Shown: piece by piece, positions 22,633 to 34,363 of the stretch | How the letters are laid out: each line of letters opens with the position of its first letter | How positions within the stretch are numbered: position 1 is the stretch's first letter | Assembly (NCBI GenBank): GCA_964016885.1 | Contig: OZ024740.1 | Coordinates: 43,462,001-43,526,000 of the forward strand | Length of the DNA: 64,000 nucleotides | Source of the DNA: Eledone cirrhosa | Taxonomy: Eukaryota | Reading direction: 5' to 3' | The notes under the pieces: model-generated | Told to the model about the DNA's origin: nothing | The model's database searches: none | What the model saw: only the letters and a program-made list of their open reading frames with translations | Program-made: the position numbers and the translations under genes

Positions 22633-25600
22633 TCTAATATATAAAGTGAAGTTGGGCCTTGTTTGTTTGTTTGGTGTCCCGAACATGCAGGCTACACCGT
22701 TCATCCGATTTTCATGAAACTTGACACATATATAAAACTCGACCCGTAGATTGGAATAGGCTACGTGAAATAATAGGGCCCCTAGAAGACAAAAAACGAT
22801 ATTTTCAAAAATCGTCCGATTTCGTTGAAACTCGAGGCAAGTGTGTATTTTGATCCGGATAATTGGATCACCAGAGGCAAAAATCGATATTTACGAAATT
22901 TGTCCGATTCCAAATTTGACGTAGGTATGTATTTTGATGCGGGGATCAACGTGAGGTAATTGAAATTTTAAAAAAATCGATAATCGGACCCACAGAGGCA
23001 AAATTCCGGTAACCGAAAAACGCCATTCTTCTTGCTTCCATTTGTCGCGACTCCCGCCATGCAAAAATCGTTCAATCTATTAGGATTATCCACCGTAAGT
23101 CTCTTTAAATTAACGCTCACCATATTCAGCAAACCTTTTATGCCGATCCTTCCATTTCTTATATAAGGACTATCAACACTATACCGCCGCGCATCAGTCT
23201 TCCCAAGCGATGATCGAGCCTCCATGCGCTCTCTTCATTCCCATGGTCCCACTACCGTAGCATAATGAGGCATCCGTCAACCCCTGCTCTCTCTCTTCCC
23301 TGCACGCCGTCGACCCACTGCATCGTTGTGCATCACTATGCACATCTCTGCCCTGTCAGCCGCATTTCATTCCCCGGCCCTTTCAATTGCCTGCCCTCCG
23401 TGGTCCCTAAGGACTGCCACGGCTCAAAATGCCGAATCCCTGCCACCGTCCACCACTGCCCATTTCCATTGCCTACACTCCGGGAGAGCTCAAGACTTCC
23501 ATGCCTGACCAAGCCGCATCCCTGCCACCGTCAACCCCTGCCCTCTCCCTTCCCGGCACGCCGTCGTCCCACTGCATCGTCATGCCTCACCATGCTGCAT
23601 TACTGCCCTGTCGACTACCATCCCCTCCTCAGCCCTTTCTTTTTCCTGCCCGCCCGTCCTCCTTCAAGACTGCCATGCCTAACGAAGCCACATCCCTGCC
23701 ACCATCAAGTCCTGCCCTCTTCCCTGCCTGCTGGCCGTCGTCCCACTGCATCGTCATGCCTCAGGATGCCGCATCCATGCATTGTCAGCCACCATCCCCT
23801 CCTCTGCCCTTTCTTTTGCATGAAAACCGTGCTCCTTAAAGACTCCCATGGCTATCTACGCCGCATCAATTTCTTGCCACCCGCTTAAACGTCATCAGCT
23901 TAAACGTCATTATTGTTGCCCCATTTGACCACCGATTTTCGCAGGCTAAACACAATACCAACGTGCACGATGGTCCATGGTAAATCTTTTTAATTACCTG
24001 TTCATCATGCTAAGCAATGGATGAATAGCAACTCTTTCATTTCTCCTGACATGCCTTTCTGTCAATTATGGCCGTGAAGCATCCTGTGCAGCATCGCGTC
24101 TACTCAAGCGATCAGCGTGCCTTCCACTGTCCTCACAATTGACTCACAACGCCGCATCTATTCCCTGCGACGCCCCTAATCATCATCAGCATGACTTATT
24201 TTTCTGCCGCGTTTAACCGGCCTTCATTCTAGCCCATAAATAACAAAACCGCACGATGATGCTGCGTAAGTCTATTTAAATTAATGGTCAACATGTTCAG
24301 AAAAAACAATTGTACCAATTCTTCCTCTTCACCTCCAAGGCATTTACATCTTAGAGGTCGGGATTCGCAATTTCTACGATTTCAATATTGAAACAACAGT
24401 CCGTCAGGTATTTCGGCACATGTTGCTCCGATAGGAATATCAAACTGATTTTCACTTAATTCGTAAGTGTTCAGCCTGTCGTATGCTTTTATTTTTTATT
24501 GATACAACACCGACTACAATCAACTAACTTCACATTGTAGGCTAGACGCGAATCACAAGGAAAACAATCCTCTGATATACAACCCCACCAAATTCTTTGG
24601 TCTACCTAGATTTCAATGGCTATATCCTTTGCTTTTGTACGGTTGTACATTTGACAATGTCGCAAAATATTATTCCACTTAATTCTTACCTTTCAGCTAT
24701 GAATTGGGCATTGCCTTAAAATCCCGGTTTATTTGCGTCCAATTCTTTGGTATCTTATGAATGGAGAATCGAAAATCCTTTTTCTCATAATCTGATACAT
24801 GCGTTACACATGCTCCGTGGATGTTTGTGGACTATTTTTTCAAAATACCAATATCACAGATTGGAGCACAAAAAGAAACGTTTGTTCTTCATTTATTTCG
24901 GTTAAAGAATCCTGTTGGAATTTAACGCAGACCCGTTTAAATCGAGCGCCTTATAACCCCGTGTGTAACCGGGTACACCAGCTAGAAAGACAAATGGAAA
25001 CATTGTTTCCTCGGTCCGATTTGACGAAAGTCGATTTAGTTCCACACCAAATTAACAAACCATACTTGAAGACACGTTAAGACTGTTGCAAAGGGTAATA
25101 ACCCTAGACACAATTTTGATCAACTTTTTTTCACGCATAGAAATTTACCGGGAAAGGTTTTAGCTACTCAAATCTACTTCAGACGTCACGCATTCATGTA
25201 AAAAATCAATAAAACTGAAGCAGGAATTCGACTTTGCGCAAAAAACCAAGGCAAATTTGCACATGGGCAAACATTTTACAGGAACGTCCGATTTTCTTGA
25301 AAACTGTCGCAAAAGACTCGTCATTATGCCGCAGTTCAGATAAAGTCCCTTATATTTTTTCTTCTGCACGTGTGAGCGCGAAAAGAAAAAAAAAACCTGA
25401 AAAAAATCGCCTTTTTCACTCTACTTTAAAAATCAACTGAAAATTCAATTTCAAGTCAATTTGAGTTCCGTCAGTCGTTCAAAGAACAATTTCAACGATA
25501 CACTGTGAACCTACAATTGATCTATTATTAATGCTCAATTACACACCTGCGTTTATTAACCTCTGTTTTTTTCCTTGAGGTTCGAAGGTTTCTGCACCTG

Positions 25601-25685
25601 TAATGCGCGGGAAGTAACTTTCACACATTTTAACAACAGAGCAAAGGTCAACTTACATCCGGGAAACGCCGGGTATTTCTGCTAG
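22633..25685 (+). mobile_element. Non-autonomous Helitron
   Basis: Inserted between A and T; 5' TCTAATATATAAAG..(TTTG)n; subterminal hairpin CCGG-GAAACG-CCGG (~25659-25672); 3' CTAG; no Rep/helicase ORF; internal degenerate tandem repeats. Confidence 0.8.
23265..23815 (+). repeat. Degenerate GC-rich tandem repeats (~180-250-bp period) inside the Helitron
   Basis: CCGTCG.CCCACTGCATCGT recurs at ~23308, ~23561 and ~23735. Confidence 0.7.
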
Positions 25686-25779
25686 TATATATATATAAGA
25701 CAATAGTTTATATACATCACAATTGTTTGAATCAGAGCGGGAATAAGCAAAAGAAATATATATATATATACATATATAC

Positions 25780-26214
25780 AACTACAATGGTACGTCATGG
25801 AGCCCACCCACAGCCCCGGCGGACAGAATGGAGAAGGCGTTTCCCCGGAGGACGGCAAGGGAGACGCGCTGGAAAAGCTACTCCAATTCGCGGGGCTCAC
25901 ACCTTCGGCTGACCAGCTCAGCGCCTGTGGTGGTGAGTAAGGCGATAGCCCTGGGGCCGAGGACACCAGAAGTCTCCACTGCTAGGGGTATGACCGCAAA
26001 CCTGTCTGAGAGCGACCGGTATTTGAGGTGTTTAGCCCCCTCAGCCTGACGTGCAGCAGAACCTGCGGCAGTCGCAGACTGCACCAGGTTGCGGCTGCAG
26101 AAAGTGTGGGAGCAAGTGGCATCCCTGACGAGGGGTTTGCCACCGCGGAACAGGAAGATGGTCATGCCATCTGGCCTTTTGCCGTCCATTCGACCCAGCC
26201 CCACCGGCTCGAGC
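25780..26214 (-). mobile_element. 3' fragment of an RLE-type non-LTR retrotransposon (CRE-clade-like)
   Basis: EPVGLGRMDGKRPDG..DATC..AARQAEGAKHLKY..FAVIPLAVETSG restriction-like endonuclease motif; 3' end in a TA-rich tract. Confidence 0.8.
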
Positions 26215-26582
26215 TCATCAGATGAAATACAAAATATGTTTTATAAATGTTGACATACCCGTAGAAAAACAACCTTGACGGTTAAAGGTTCGTTGGAAGG
26301 TTCGCTGGATAGTTCGCTGGATACTATCCAGCGAAACTTCAACCGTTAAGGTTATTTTTCTACGGGTATGTCAACATTTATAAAACATATTTTGTATTTT
26401 ATCTGATGAAAGCGCACCAAAATTTCCTTGATTGCTCTTGATAAAATAATTATGGTTTTATAAATAGAGTTTCCATTTATTAATATATTGAATATTTACT
26501 CCAGTTAACTGTTGAGTGCTTTATATCAGTTATACAACTTTTAAGCTTGTTGAATCCAAACAAATTAAATATAACCTCTGCA
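26215..26582. mobile_element. Second copy of the HHR fold-back family (palindrome 26215-26409 + 3' tail)
   Basis: Homologous to 22117-22565; CTGATGA at 26403, GAAA/stem III deleted; ends in (TA)n. Confidence 0.8.
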
Positions 26583-26598
26583 TATATATATATATATA

Positions 26599-28067
26599 TG
26601 TAGTGACCTACATTCCGCGGGCTCACATACATTCTCTGTGCATGATTTGGCTCAGCTCAGCCAATCAGCGCTAGTAGAAGAGGATGTATCCCTACACGTT
26701 CTGAGGGAGAAATAGCCCGCAAACATTTGAGGACGCCACCACTTCCAGCCTAGATGACTTCCAGGCTTGACCATGCTAAGTAAACAGTGCTTGTTCTTTT
26801 GCTCCGCCAGCACAAACAATATGTAACGACAAAACATTCCTACGGAGCTGGCTAAACGCCTTCAGCTAGTCGACCGTATTTTCTCTTGTAATCTTAATTG
26901 AATTGTTTTATTTCTCTGGGCATGCCTTCTCAACCTTTGTTAATAAATAATGTAAAAACAAGCTAAAAGTCGTCGTCGATATTCCTATCATATCTTTCTA
27001 CCGAACCTGGTTCCTCGTGGCAACATTACAACTTCTGAAATATACTTCTCCGCTAAATTGGAATTTACATTTTCAACCAAATTGGTGACTTATATGCAAC
27101 AAAGAGAACACATTCCTTTCCTTTATTGGTGACCCTTCGACGATAAAGAATGAAGCAACAAGCCTTTTTTTCCTGGCTCCATAGCACATTCGGCAATACA
27201 TCTGGGAGGCCATCATTTTCTCGCCAGCACTGGTAAACTACCATAATAGCTTCGTTCACAGCTACTGGTACAACGCTTACCATTAGCATTTAATGCAAGA
27301 ACAGCAACTTCGCCCATGTCAGACTTTATCTGTTTTTTGTTAGACCTTTCTCGTCACGTATAAACTACAAAACAGCTAGTCATTTGACAGCGGCTCAACA
27401 CGGCCCGTCGCGCCTACTTTTTTTTTGTTCTTGCATGCATCTTTCTGCTCAATTATTTTTCATTGATGTGCTCTTTCAGCATTTGTTCTTGCTGATTCAA
27501 TTATTTGTTGGTCCTCGGTTTCTTCGTTAACGATTTTCGGCTGAAAATCTGCTCGGAGGTGATGTAGTGACCTACATTCCGCGGGCTCACATCTGTGCGT
27601 GATTTGGCTCAGCTCATCCAATCAGCGCCAGTAGAAGAGGATGTATCCCTACGCGTTCTGAGGGAGAAATAGCCCGCAAAGATTTGAGGACGCCACCACT
27701 TCCAGGCTATATGACTTCCAGGCTAAGTAAACAGCGCTTGTTCTTTTGCTCCGCCAGCACAAACAATATGTAACGACAAAACATTCCTACGGAGCTGGCT
27801 AAACGCCTTCAGCTAGTCGACCGTATTTTCTCTTGTAATCTTAATTGAATTGTTTAATTTCTCTGGGCATGCCTTCTCAACCTTTGTTAATAAATAATGC
27901 AAAAACAAGCTAAAAGTCGTCGTCGATATTCCTATCATATCTTTCTACCAAACCTGGTTCCTCGTGGCAACATTACAACTTCTGAAATATACTTTTCCGC
28001 TAAATTGGAATTTACATTTTCAACCAAATTGGTGACTTACATTCAACAAAGAGAACACATTCCTTTC

Positions 28068-28072
<5 letters not shown>
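26599..28072 (+). mobile_element. TRIM-like non-autonomous LTR retroelement
   Basis: Direct repeats 26599-27125 and 27563-28072 starting TGTAGTG; PBS-like TGGTGACCC at 27127; purine run GGAGGTGA before the 3' LTR; ~440-bp non-coding interior; (TA)n on both sides. Confidence 0.8.
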
Positions 28073-28133
<61 letters not shown>

Positions 28134-28233
28134 ATATAGATAATCCAGCAGGTACTAAGTACCTACGGAAATATACATGGTGTCTATAATCGTTGTTGTT
28201 CAACGGTACTAATTTGAGATACCAGAACTATTA

Positions 28234-28545
28234 AAATGAGCGGAACAAGTAAACATTAAACAATCTTTTAAATAAATAAAAATACGATTTAAATATTCAC
28301 CTGTTCTATTGCTGTTACCGACGGTTTCACTAATCAAAAGATTGGAAATTCAATGAATTTCCAATGGAAAGAATTAGCTCTTCAGACAGCTATTTCCATA
28401 CCATAGGGCTACTTCCATACCATAGGGTAAATATATCGCCTCCTGCCCGATGCATGAGGTCAGGCCATTAAAGTGACCTGAATATTTAAATCGTATTTTA
28501 ATTTATTTAAAAGATTGTTTAATGTTTACTTGTTCCACTCATTTA
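28234..28545 (-). mobile_element. ~310-bp element with ~65-bp inverted termini enclosing an HHR
   Basis: 28234-28299 is approximately the reverse complement of 28479-28545; HHR on the minus strand inside. Confidence 0.75.
28311..28390 (-). ncRNA. Canonical type I hammerhead ribozyme motif, long stem II
   Basis: GCTGT-CTGAAGA-GCTAAT..ATTGGAAATTCA/TGAATTTCCAAT..ATTAGT-GAAA-CCG.CGG-TA-ACAGC. Confidence 0.8.
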
Positions 28546-28783
28546 TGTATATATATAGATATATTAGAAAGTGAGTTTTTTTTTTACAAATTTCCGCGCC
28601 CTTATTTGGAAATCTTTCTGTAGACTTTTTAGAGAATTTTATGACAAGCAAAATATAATGGTCGTGAAAAATTGGATGGGAGAATTGTTCTGGTTCAGTG
28701 AATATGATTAGTTCGCTGGGGTGTCAGAATTCAGATTTTCTATTGAATAAAGAAAGTAAGGATATGTATGTTTATTTGTGTGC

Positions 28784-28785
<2 letters not shown>

Positions 28786-28859
<74 letters not shown>
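28786..28859 (+). repeat. (TG)n microsatellite
   Basis: Direct reading. Confidence 0.95.
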
Positions 28860-28862
<3 letters not shown>

Positions 28863-28978
28863 AATTTCTTTTTTAAAAAAAGGAGCTCTCGAAGGCTTTT
28901 TTTAAATAAACGTAATTTGATTGGTTATAAATGAAATTATGGCTTTCATGTGAACAAGTTTTCATTAAATTTTCAAGT

Positions 28979-29032
<54 letters not shown>

Positions 29033-29035
<3 letters not shown>

Positions 29036-29496
29036 AATATATTTAAGTCGTTTGGAAGCCTCGACAATGCAAATGGGTAAATCTCCGGGTAACAAGATCC
29101 GGTGGTGGAGAGAGAGATGTAACTGGGTGTACGTTGAGATGCATGGTGTGTATGAGATGTGTAGAAGAATGAAGGAAAGAGTATAAAGGATAAAATAAAA
29201 ATAACAACACGAGAGAGAGAGTTACCTTGGGAGAGATTTAATAATCAGGGACTATTAAATCTCTCCCAAGGTAACTCTCTCTCGTGTTGTTATTTTTATT
29301 TTATCCTTTATACTCTTTCCTTCATTCTTCTACAAATCTCATACACACCAAGCATCTCAACGTAGACCCACTTACATCTCTCTCTCCACCACCGGATCTT
29401 GTTACCCGGAGATTTACCCTTTTGCATTGTCGAGGCTTCCAAACGACTTAAAGATATTTACTTATTATTCCACAATGCTACAAGAAAACTTCAATA

Positions 29497-29500
<4 letters not shown>
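29033..29500. repeat. ~430-bp near-perfect palindrome + short unique tail between (TA)n tracts
   Basis: 29033-29243 is approximately the reverse complement of 29252-29462; spacer ATCAGGGAC. Confidence 0.9.
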
Positions 29501-29536
<36 letters not shown>

Positions 29537-29610
29537 TAAGTTATTCCGGGTTGAATCGGAGGTAACGACAGTAAGTAATGTACGCAATACATAGCAGAGT
29601 ATAAAAGTTG

Positions 29611-29674
<64 letters not shown>

Positions 29675-29779
29675 GTGTTAAAAGATATTCAATGATTATG
29701 TGAAAGAATGAGTTTTACAGTAGATTGGAAGCACTCTACGAGAAAATAATTTTCCGGAGTTATTAATATTAAAATATAA

Positions 29780-30510
29780 ATATTAATAAAATAGATGTTC
29801 ATTTGATCAATTACATTTTATTATACATATTTCGGATGTACAACAGTACGTCCTCATTTCTTTATTTCCATCATTTCTTTATTTCTTTATTTCTCTATCT
29901 ATCTTCCTATATATGCTTATAATTTAGTATAATACCTAATCCTTACATATTTACGGAATTTATATATAACTGTGAATTTTTAATACATTCTTGATTTCTT
30001 AAATTTTTAGTTTAATACCCAATCCATAAAGTTTTATGAAACTTATCTATAACTGTGAATTTTTAATGAGTTTTTGATCTCTTATTTATAGTATAATATA
30101 ATAGAGTATATGCATATATTTCTTTTAAATATATTTACTGCACTTTAAAATCTAAAATTTAAGACAGATTCAAACTTATATATAAATGTGAATTTTTGCT
30201 GCGCTTTTGATCTCTTATTTATAATATAATATATTATAATATGTATGTAGTTATATATTATATTTTATATATTTTTAAATATTTTAAAATATACCTACCA
30301 CATTTCTATATATATGATTCAAATATAGAGAAAATATCCAAACTAAAAATTATTATAGACATTATTTTGAACTCTGAATTATCCATGCACTCATTATGGT
30401 TTTTCTTATATATATATATGTATGTATTTAAATGTAACACGTTGAACTCTACTTTATAAAATTATAACTGTTATCATTTACCTAAATTATATAAATACCT
30501 AATATACCTA

Positions 30511-30564
<54 letters not shown>

Positions 30565-31440
30565 CCCTATATCGAATAATATGTTGATATCTTGGTTGAA
30601 AATGATTAGTACATTTACACCCAGTTATACATAGGTGTATATTTATCCTTAACATGCTTCAATCTATTATCTTATTTTATTTTTATCTTCGTCGTTAATA
30701 TTTACCTTAAACATACTGGCTCATATATACCTATATACATAATAGTTACTTAAATATTTATAACAATAAGTACTCCAAAAGCTTTACATACCTAATATGT
30801 TGGTATCTTTGTTAAAGTTTAAATTTAGGTAAATAATCAACAGTATAATATTTTATTCTTTATGTTCCAGCTAAATCCTTTAAATGTTACCCTCATAAAA
30901 TTCAGAAGTTTAGAAATGATAACAAAGTTATCGAATTTATAAAGATAATATATAAATAAAAAGCAAATAATCCTGAAATCTGGAGTCTTCACCCTAATAT
31001 TATAAATTAAATATTTTCAAATTTAACCGTTTAACTTTCGGAAAAAATCTCCTTCTGCATATATCACCCCTCCCCCCTTTATCTTTCCCTCTTTATAAAT
31101 CCTTTTCCAGTGGCTATCATTGGATGTTATTATTCATGAGACGTTTTCCTAGATATATCGTAGTATCATACATTTTAAAACCTTTAGAACAGTTACAGTA
31201 AGCAACGTTTTTTCTTACTCACACATTCTCTAATGAATTTATTACGTTTTCGCATTTTCTCATAATTAGGCTATATATGTAAAATTTTCTCTTGGGTTAA
31301 TCACTACCTTGATTAAATCTTAACCATTTAACATCTACGGGTATGTCATGTATCATTATATTTTGTCTGATGAGGACGTACTGTTGTACATCCGAAATAT
31401 GTATAATAAAATGTAATTGATCAAAAGAACATCTATTTTA

Positions 31441-31446
<6 letters not shown>
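29780..31446 (+). mobile_element. Non-coding AT-rich element with ~75-bp inverted termini containing an HHR
   Basis: 29781-29857 is the reverse complement of 31370-31446; internal degenerate repeats 29900-30240. Confidence 0.7.
31360..31412 (+). ncRNA. Type I hammerhead ribozyme motif
   Basis: ATTTTGT-CTGATGA-GGACGTAC/TGTT/GTACATCC-GAAA-TATGTA-TA-ATAAAAT. Confidence 0.78.
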
Positions 31447-31524
<78 letters not shown>

Positions 31525-31532
31525 TAGATATA

Positions 31533-34363
31533 TTTCTTTTATTTGCCACTAGGGCATCAAAAGTGGGACAAGTACAAAGGGGGGAGTTTACACAAAAAGG
31601 CGTCCTCAATAAGGAGGAGGCAATAACAAAATATAAAAATAAAATAAGATATAACAAAAAATAACATTTTTAACAAAATCCTCAATAGAGAGGAGGCGCC
31701 TTGGGGGGTCGCACACACCCCCGAAAAAAGTGTGCAACCCTTCTCCTCAGGAGCACAGAGAAGGGGTGCTCCCTTGGTCTTTCATCTTCCTCACCTATAG
31801 TCTGATGTAGAGTGAAGGCCCATTCACACGGGCCATTCTCGCCACTTTCACCCATCTTTCATAGAAACGGCTGGGGTGCAGCACCTCTCTCTCCATCCTG
31901 ATCCTTCTTCCGAAATGATATCGGAAGAAACGGACCAGTTGTTGGCCAGAGAGAAAGGTGCCCGACCTCAGTCCTTTCAGACGCGTCCACCATACAACCT
32001 CTTTCGCCATGGCTATTACGCACAGAAACACCGCCTCTGCTTCATCTTTGAAGGGGGGAGGCGGCTTGATCATTACAATAGACTCGGTGGTCAACCGGAT
32101 CGGTCCCACCCTTGACAGCAGTTGTTCGACATAGCCCCACAGATCGGCTACGCCCGAGCAGTGTACTAATGCGTGTGCAACGGTTTCCTCGTCGCACACG
32201 CATCTGGGACAGATCTTTTTGGCGGGGTCCCTACCCGGGCGCCCGTGTCTGTAGAGCCTTTCTCGAACGGGTAAAGCCCCTCGGTAGCACTGCCAGGCCA
32301 GGGACTTCTGGAAGTTGTCCATAGGTCCCGGGCTGAATGTCCTACCGAAAAGGCTGGCCAGTTCGTCCTCCTCCATGTCTAGGGCTTCTCCGAGGGCGTC
32401 GTCGCACCTGCTGCGTACCAGCCCTCTATAGAATGTTGCGGTGGAGTCTCCACTGATAACCGGATCCGCCTGCCAGAGGGCGGTGAGCGCCTGGGCACAC
32501 TCAGTGTGCCAGGCGCCCAGTTTTCTCGGTCTTTGCTTGACCCAGGATTGCAGCTCGGTGAGTGAGACGAGTCTGGGAAAGGTTCGTCTCACAAACGAGG
32601 CCCACACCGGTTGTCCGGTGAGGAATACGTAGAGGTGCCGTAGCCTTAATGCGTGTTTACGCATCATTAGCCACGGCATCCCCAGCCCTCCTTTCGAAGG
32701 GTGTTGACAGCAGATGGATCTCCTCACCATAGGAGCCCGCCTCTTCCAAAGGAATTGGAAGAGCGCGCGCTCCATCTTGGTGAGGGTTTCCCTTGGGCAG
32801 GGCACTACGGTCAGGCGGTAGTAGATGACGGACGCTATGTAGGTGTTCGCCACCTCCGCCCGACCTTTCAGGGATAGTTTGCAACTGGCCCACTTCTGGG
32901 TCAGTGCAAACACTCTGTTCGTAACCTCCGCCCAGTTTTTCTCCACCTGGAGGTCCGGTCCGAACCAGACCCCGAGCAACTTCACCGGGCCCTCCGTCCA
33001 GCGTCCGACGACGCTATCGGAGGGCATCGGTCTGCCCCTCCACGTGCCGAGTTGCAAACCGATCGACTTGTCCCGGTTCAGCTTAGCCCCTGTGAACTTT
33101 TCGTACTCCTCCAGTAAGGTGCCGACCGCCTCGATTTCGGAGGCCGTCGACACCATTACTGTCACGTCATCGGCGTAGGCCGACACCGCTTTCCGCAATC
33201 CCGGTTCCAAAGGGATGCCCTGCAACAACTCCAACTTCCGCAGTAGTGGCTCGAGAGTCAATACATACAGAAGGGAGGAGAGAGGGCACCCTTGTCGGAT
33301 GGACCGCGCGATTTTGAACGGCTCCGAGAGGTAGCCGTTCACCTTGACCCTAGAGCAGATGCGGCTGCTGTGCATAGCAGTGATCCAGCCCCTGAAAACG
33401 GCTCCGAAGCCTGCCGCCGCTAGCACCGCATCCAGGTAACCATGGTCGACCCTATCGAACGCCTTAGATTGATCCAAGTTGATCAGAGCCCCACCAAAGC
33501 CGGGTTCGTTCCCAACCCTCTCTATGATGTATCGCATGAGGTGGAGGTTGTCATGGATGGACCTGGACGGGATCGCGCATGTCTGCGCATCTCCCACCAG
33601 GTTGCCCACGACAAGCGCCAACCTCTTTGCTAGCACCTTGGCCAAAATCTGTAACTCTGTATTTAGCAGTGTTATGGGCCTGAAGTTACTTATTTCGTCC
33701 CCCTTGTTCTCGTCCTTCCTCACTAGCGTGACTACGCCCTTGGTCACAGTACAGGGAATTCTCCCGTTCTGTTGCCAGTTGCAGTAGACCGCCTCGAGGA
33801 GATCGGGGAACAAGTCCGGCATAGCTAGATATAATTCGTAAGGAAGACCATCGAGACCCGGGGATTTGCGTTTGCCGCATTGGCTCAGCACGTCCTCTAT
33901 CTCAGCGGCCGAAATCGGCTCCTCGCAGGACTTCGCCTCCCTGTCCGAGAGGCGCGGCAGGCCGTCGAGGTATGGACCGAAGTCCACGTTCCCAACCGGC
34001 TCCCCGCCCCTCCCGAACAGTCGGGCAAAGTGCCTTTGAAAGGCCTCACACATCTGCTTAGGCTCAAGAATCGCCCGTCCATCCAGGTCTCGCAAAGACC
34101 GGATGGTGGATTTAGTTCCACTGTTGGCCTCTGTCACGCGGGCCCAGCTAACAGCTTTGGTCCCCTCGTTCCCTAGAGCACGTATTTTACTTCGGACAAC
34201 GCAGCCTTCGTGCTTCGCGTCGAAAAACTGGCTCAAAGCCGTTCTCGACGCTAGCACTCTGGCCACGTCGCCGCTTCTAATTGCCTCTTCTACTCTATCT
34301 ATTAGCTCCCTTTCCTTCCTATTCCTATCCGCAGCTAGAACCTTACTAAATTCTATCGAGACT
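31533..34363 (-). mobile_element. 5'-truncated L1/Tx1-clade LINE inserted in a (GA)n/(GATA)n tract
   Basis: GC-rich block; 3' end AATAAAAGAAATATATCTATCTGTCTCTC; 5' junction in (GATA)n. Confidence 0.9.
31795..34362 (-). CDS. Tx1-like ORF2 reverse transcriptase with C-terminal CCHC knuckle (APE domain missing by 5' truncation)
   Basis: Uninterrupted ORF: KSPGLDG, NFRPITLLN, LDQSKAFDRVDH, RQGCPLS, AYADD, LLGV, CPRC..ETVAHALVHC; the first ~15 aa of the track ORF come from microsatellite. Confidence 0.92.
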   Translation of the reverse strand, partial: VSIEFSKVLAADRNRKERELIDRVEEAIRSGDVARVLASRTALSQFFDAKHEGCVVRSKIRALGNEGTKAVSWARVTEANSGTKSTIRSLRDLDGRAILEPKQMCEAFQRHFARLFGRGGEPVGNVDFGPYLDGLPRLSDREAKSCEEPISAAEIEDVLSQCGKRKSPGLDGLPYELYLAMPDLFPDLLEAVYCNWQQNGRIPCTVTKGVVTLVRKDENKGDEISNFRPITLLNTELQILAKVLAKRLALVVGNLVGDAQTCAIPSRSIHDNLHLMRYIIERVGNEPGFGGALINLDQSKAFDRVDHGYLDAVLAAAGFGAVFRGWITAMHSSRICSRVKVNGYLSEPFKIARSIRQGCPLSSLLYVLTLEPLLRKLELLQGIPLEPGLRKAVSAYADDVTVMVSTASEIEAVGTLLEEYEKFTGAKLNRDKSIGLQLGTWRGRPMPSDSVVGRWTEGPVKLLGVWFGPDLQVEKNWAEVTNRVFALTQKWASCKLSLKGRAEVANTYIASVIYYRLTVVPCPRETLTKMERALFQFLWKRRAPMVRRSICCQHPSKGGLGMPWLMMRKHALRLRHLYVFLTGQPVWASFVRRTFPRLVSLTELQSWVKQRPRKLGAWHTECAQALTALWQADPVISGDSTATFYRGLVRSRCDDALGEALDMEEDELASLFGRTFSPGPMDNFQKSLAWQCYRGALPVRERLYRHGRPGRDPAKKICPRCVCDEETVAHALVHCSGVADLWGYVEQLLSRVGPIRLTTESIVMIKPPPPFKDEAEAVFLCVIAMAKEVVWWTRLKGLRSGTFLSGQQLVRFFRYHFGRRIRMEREVLHPSRFYERWVKVARMARVNGPSLYIRL

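Noticed and set aside
23265-23888. 207-aa Pro/His/Cys-rich ORF
   Set aside because: Low-complexity product of GC-rich tandem repeats in the Helitron; no domain recognised.
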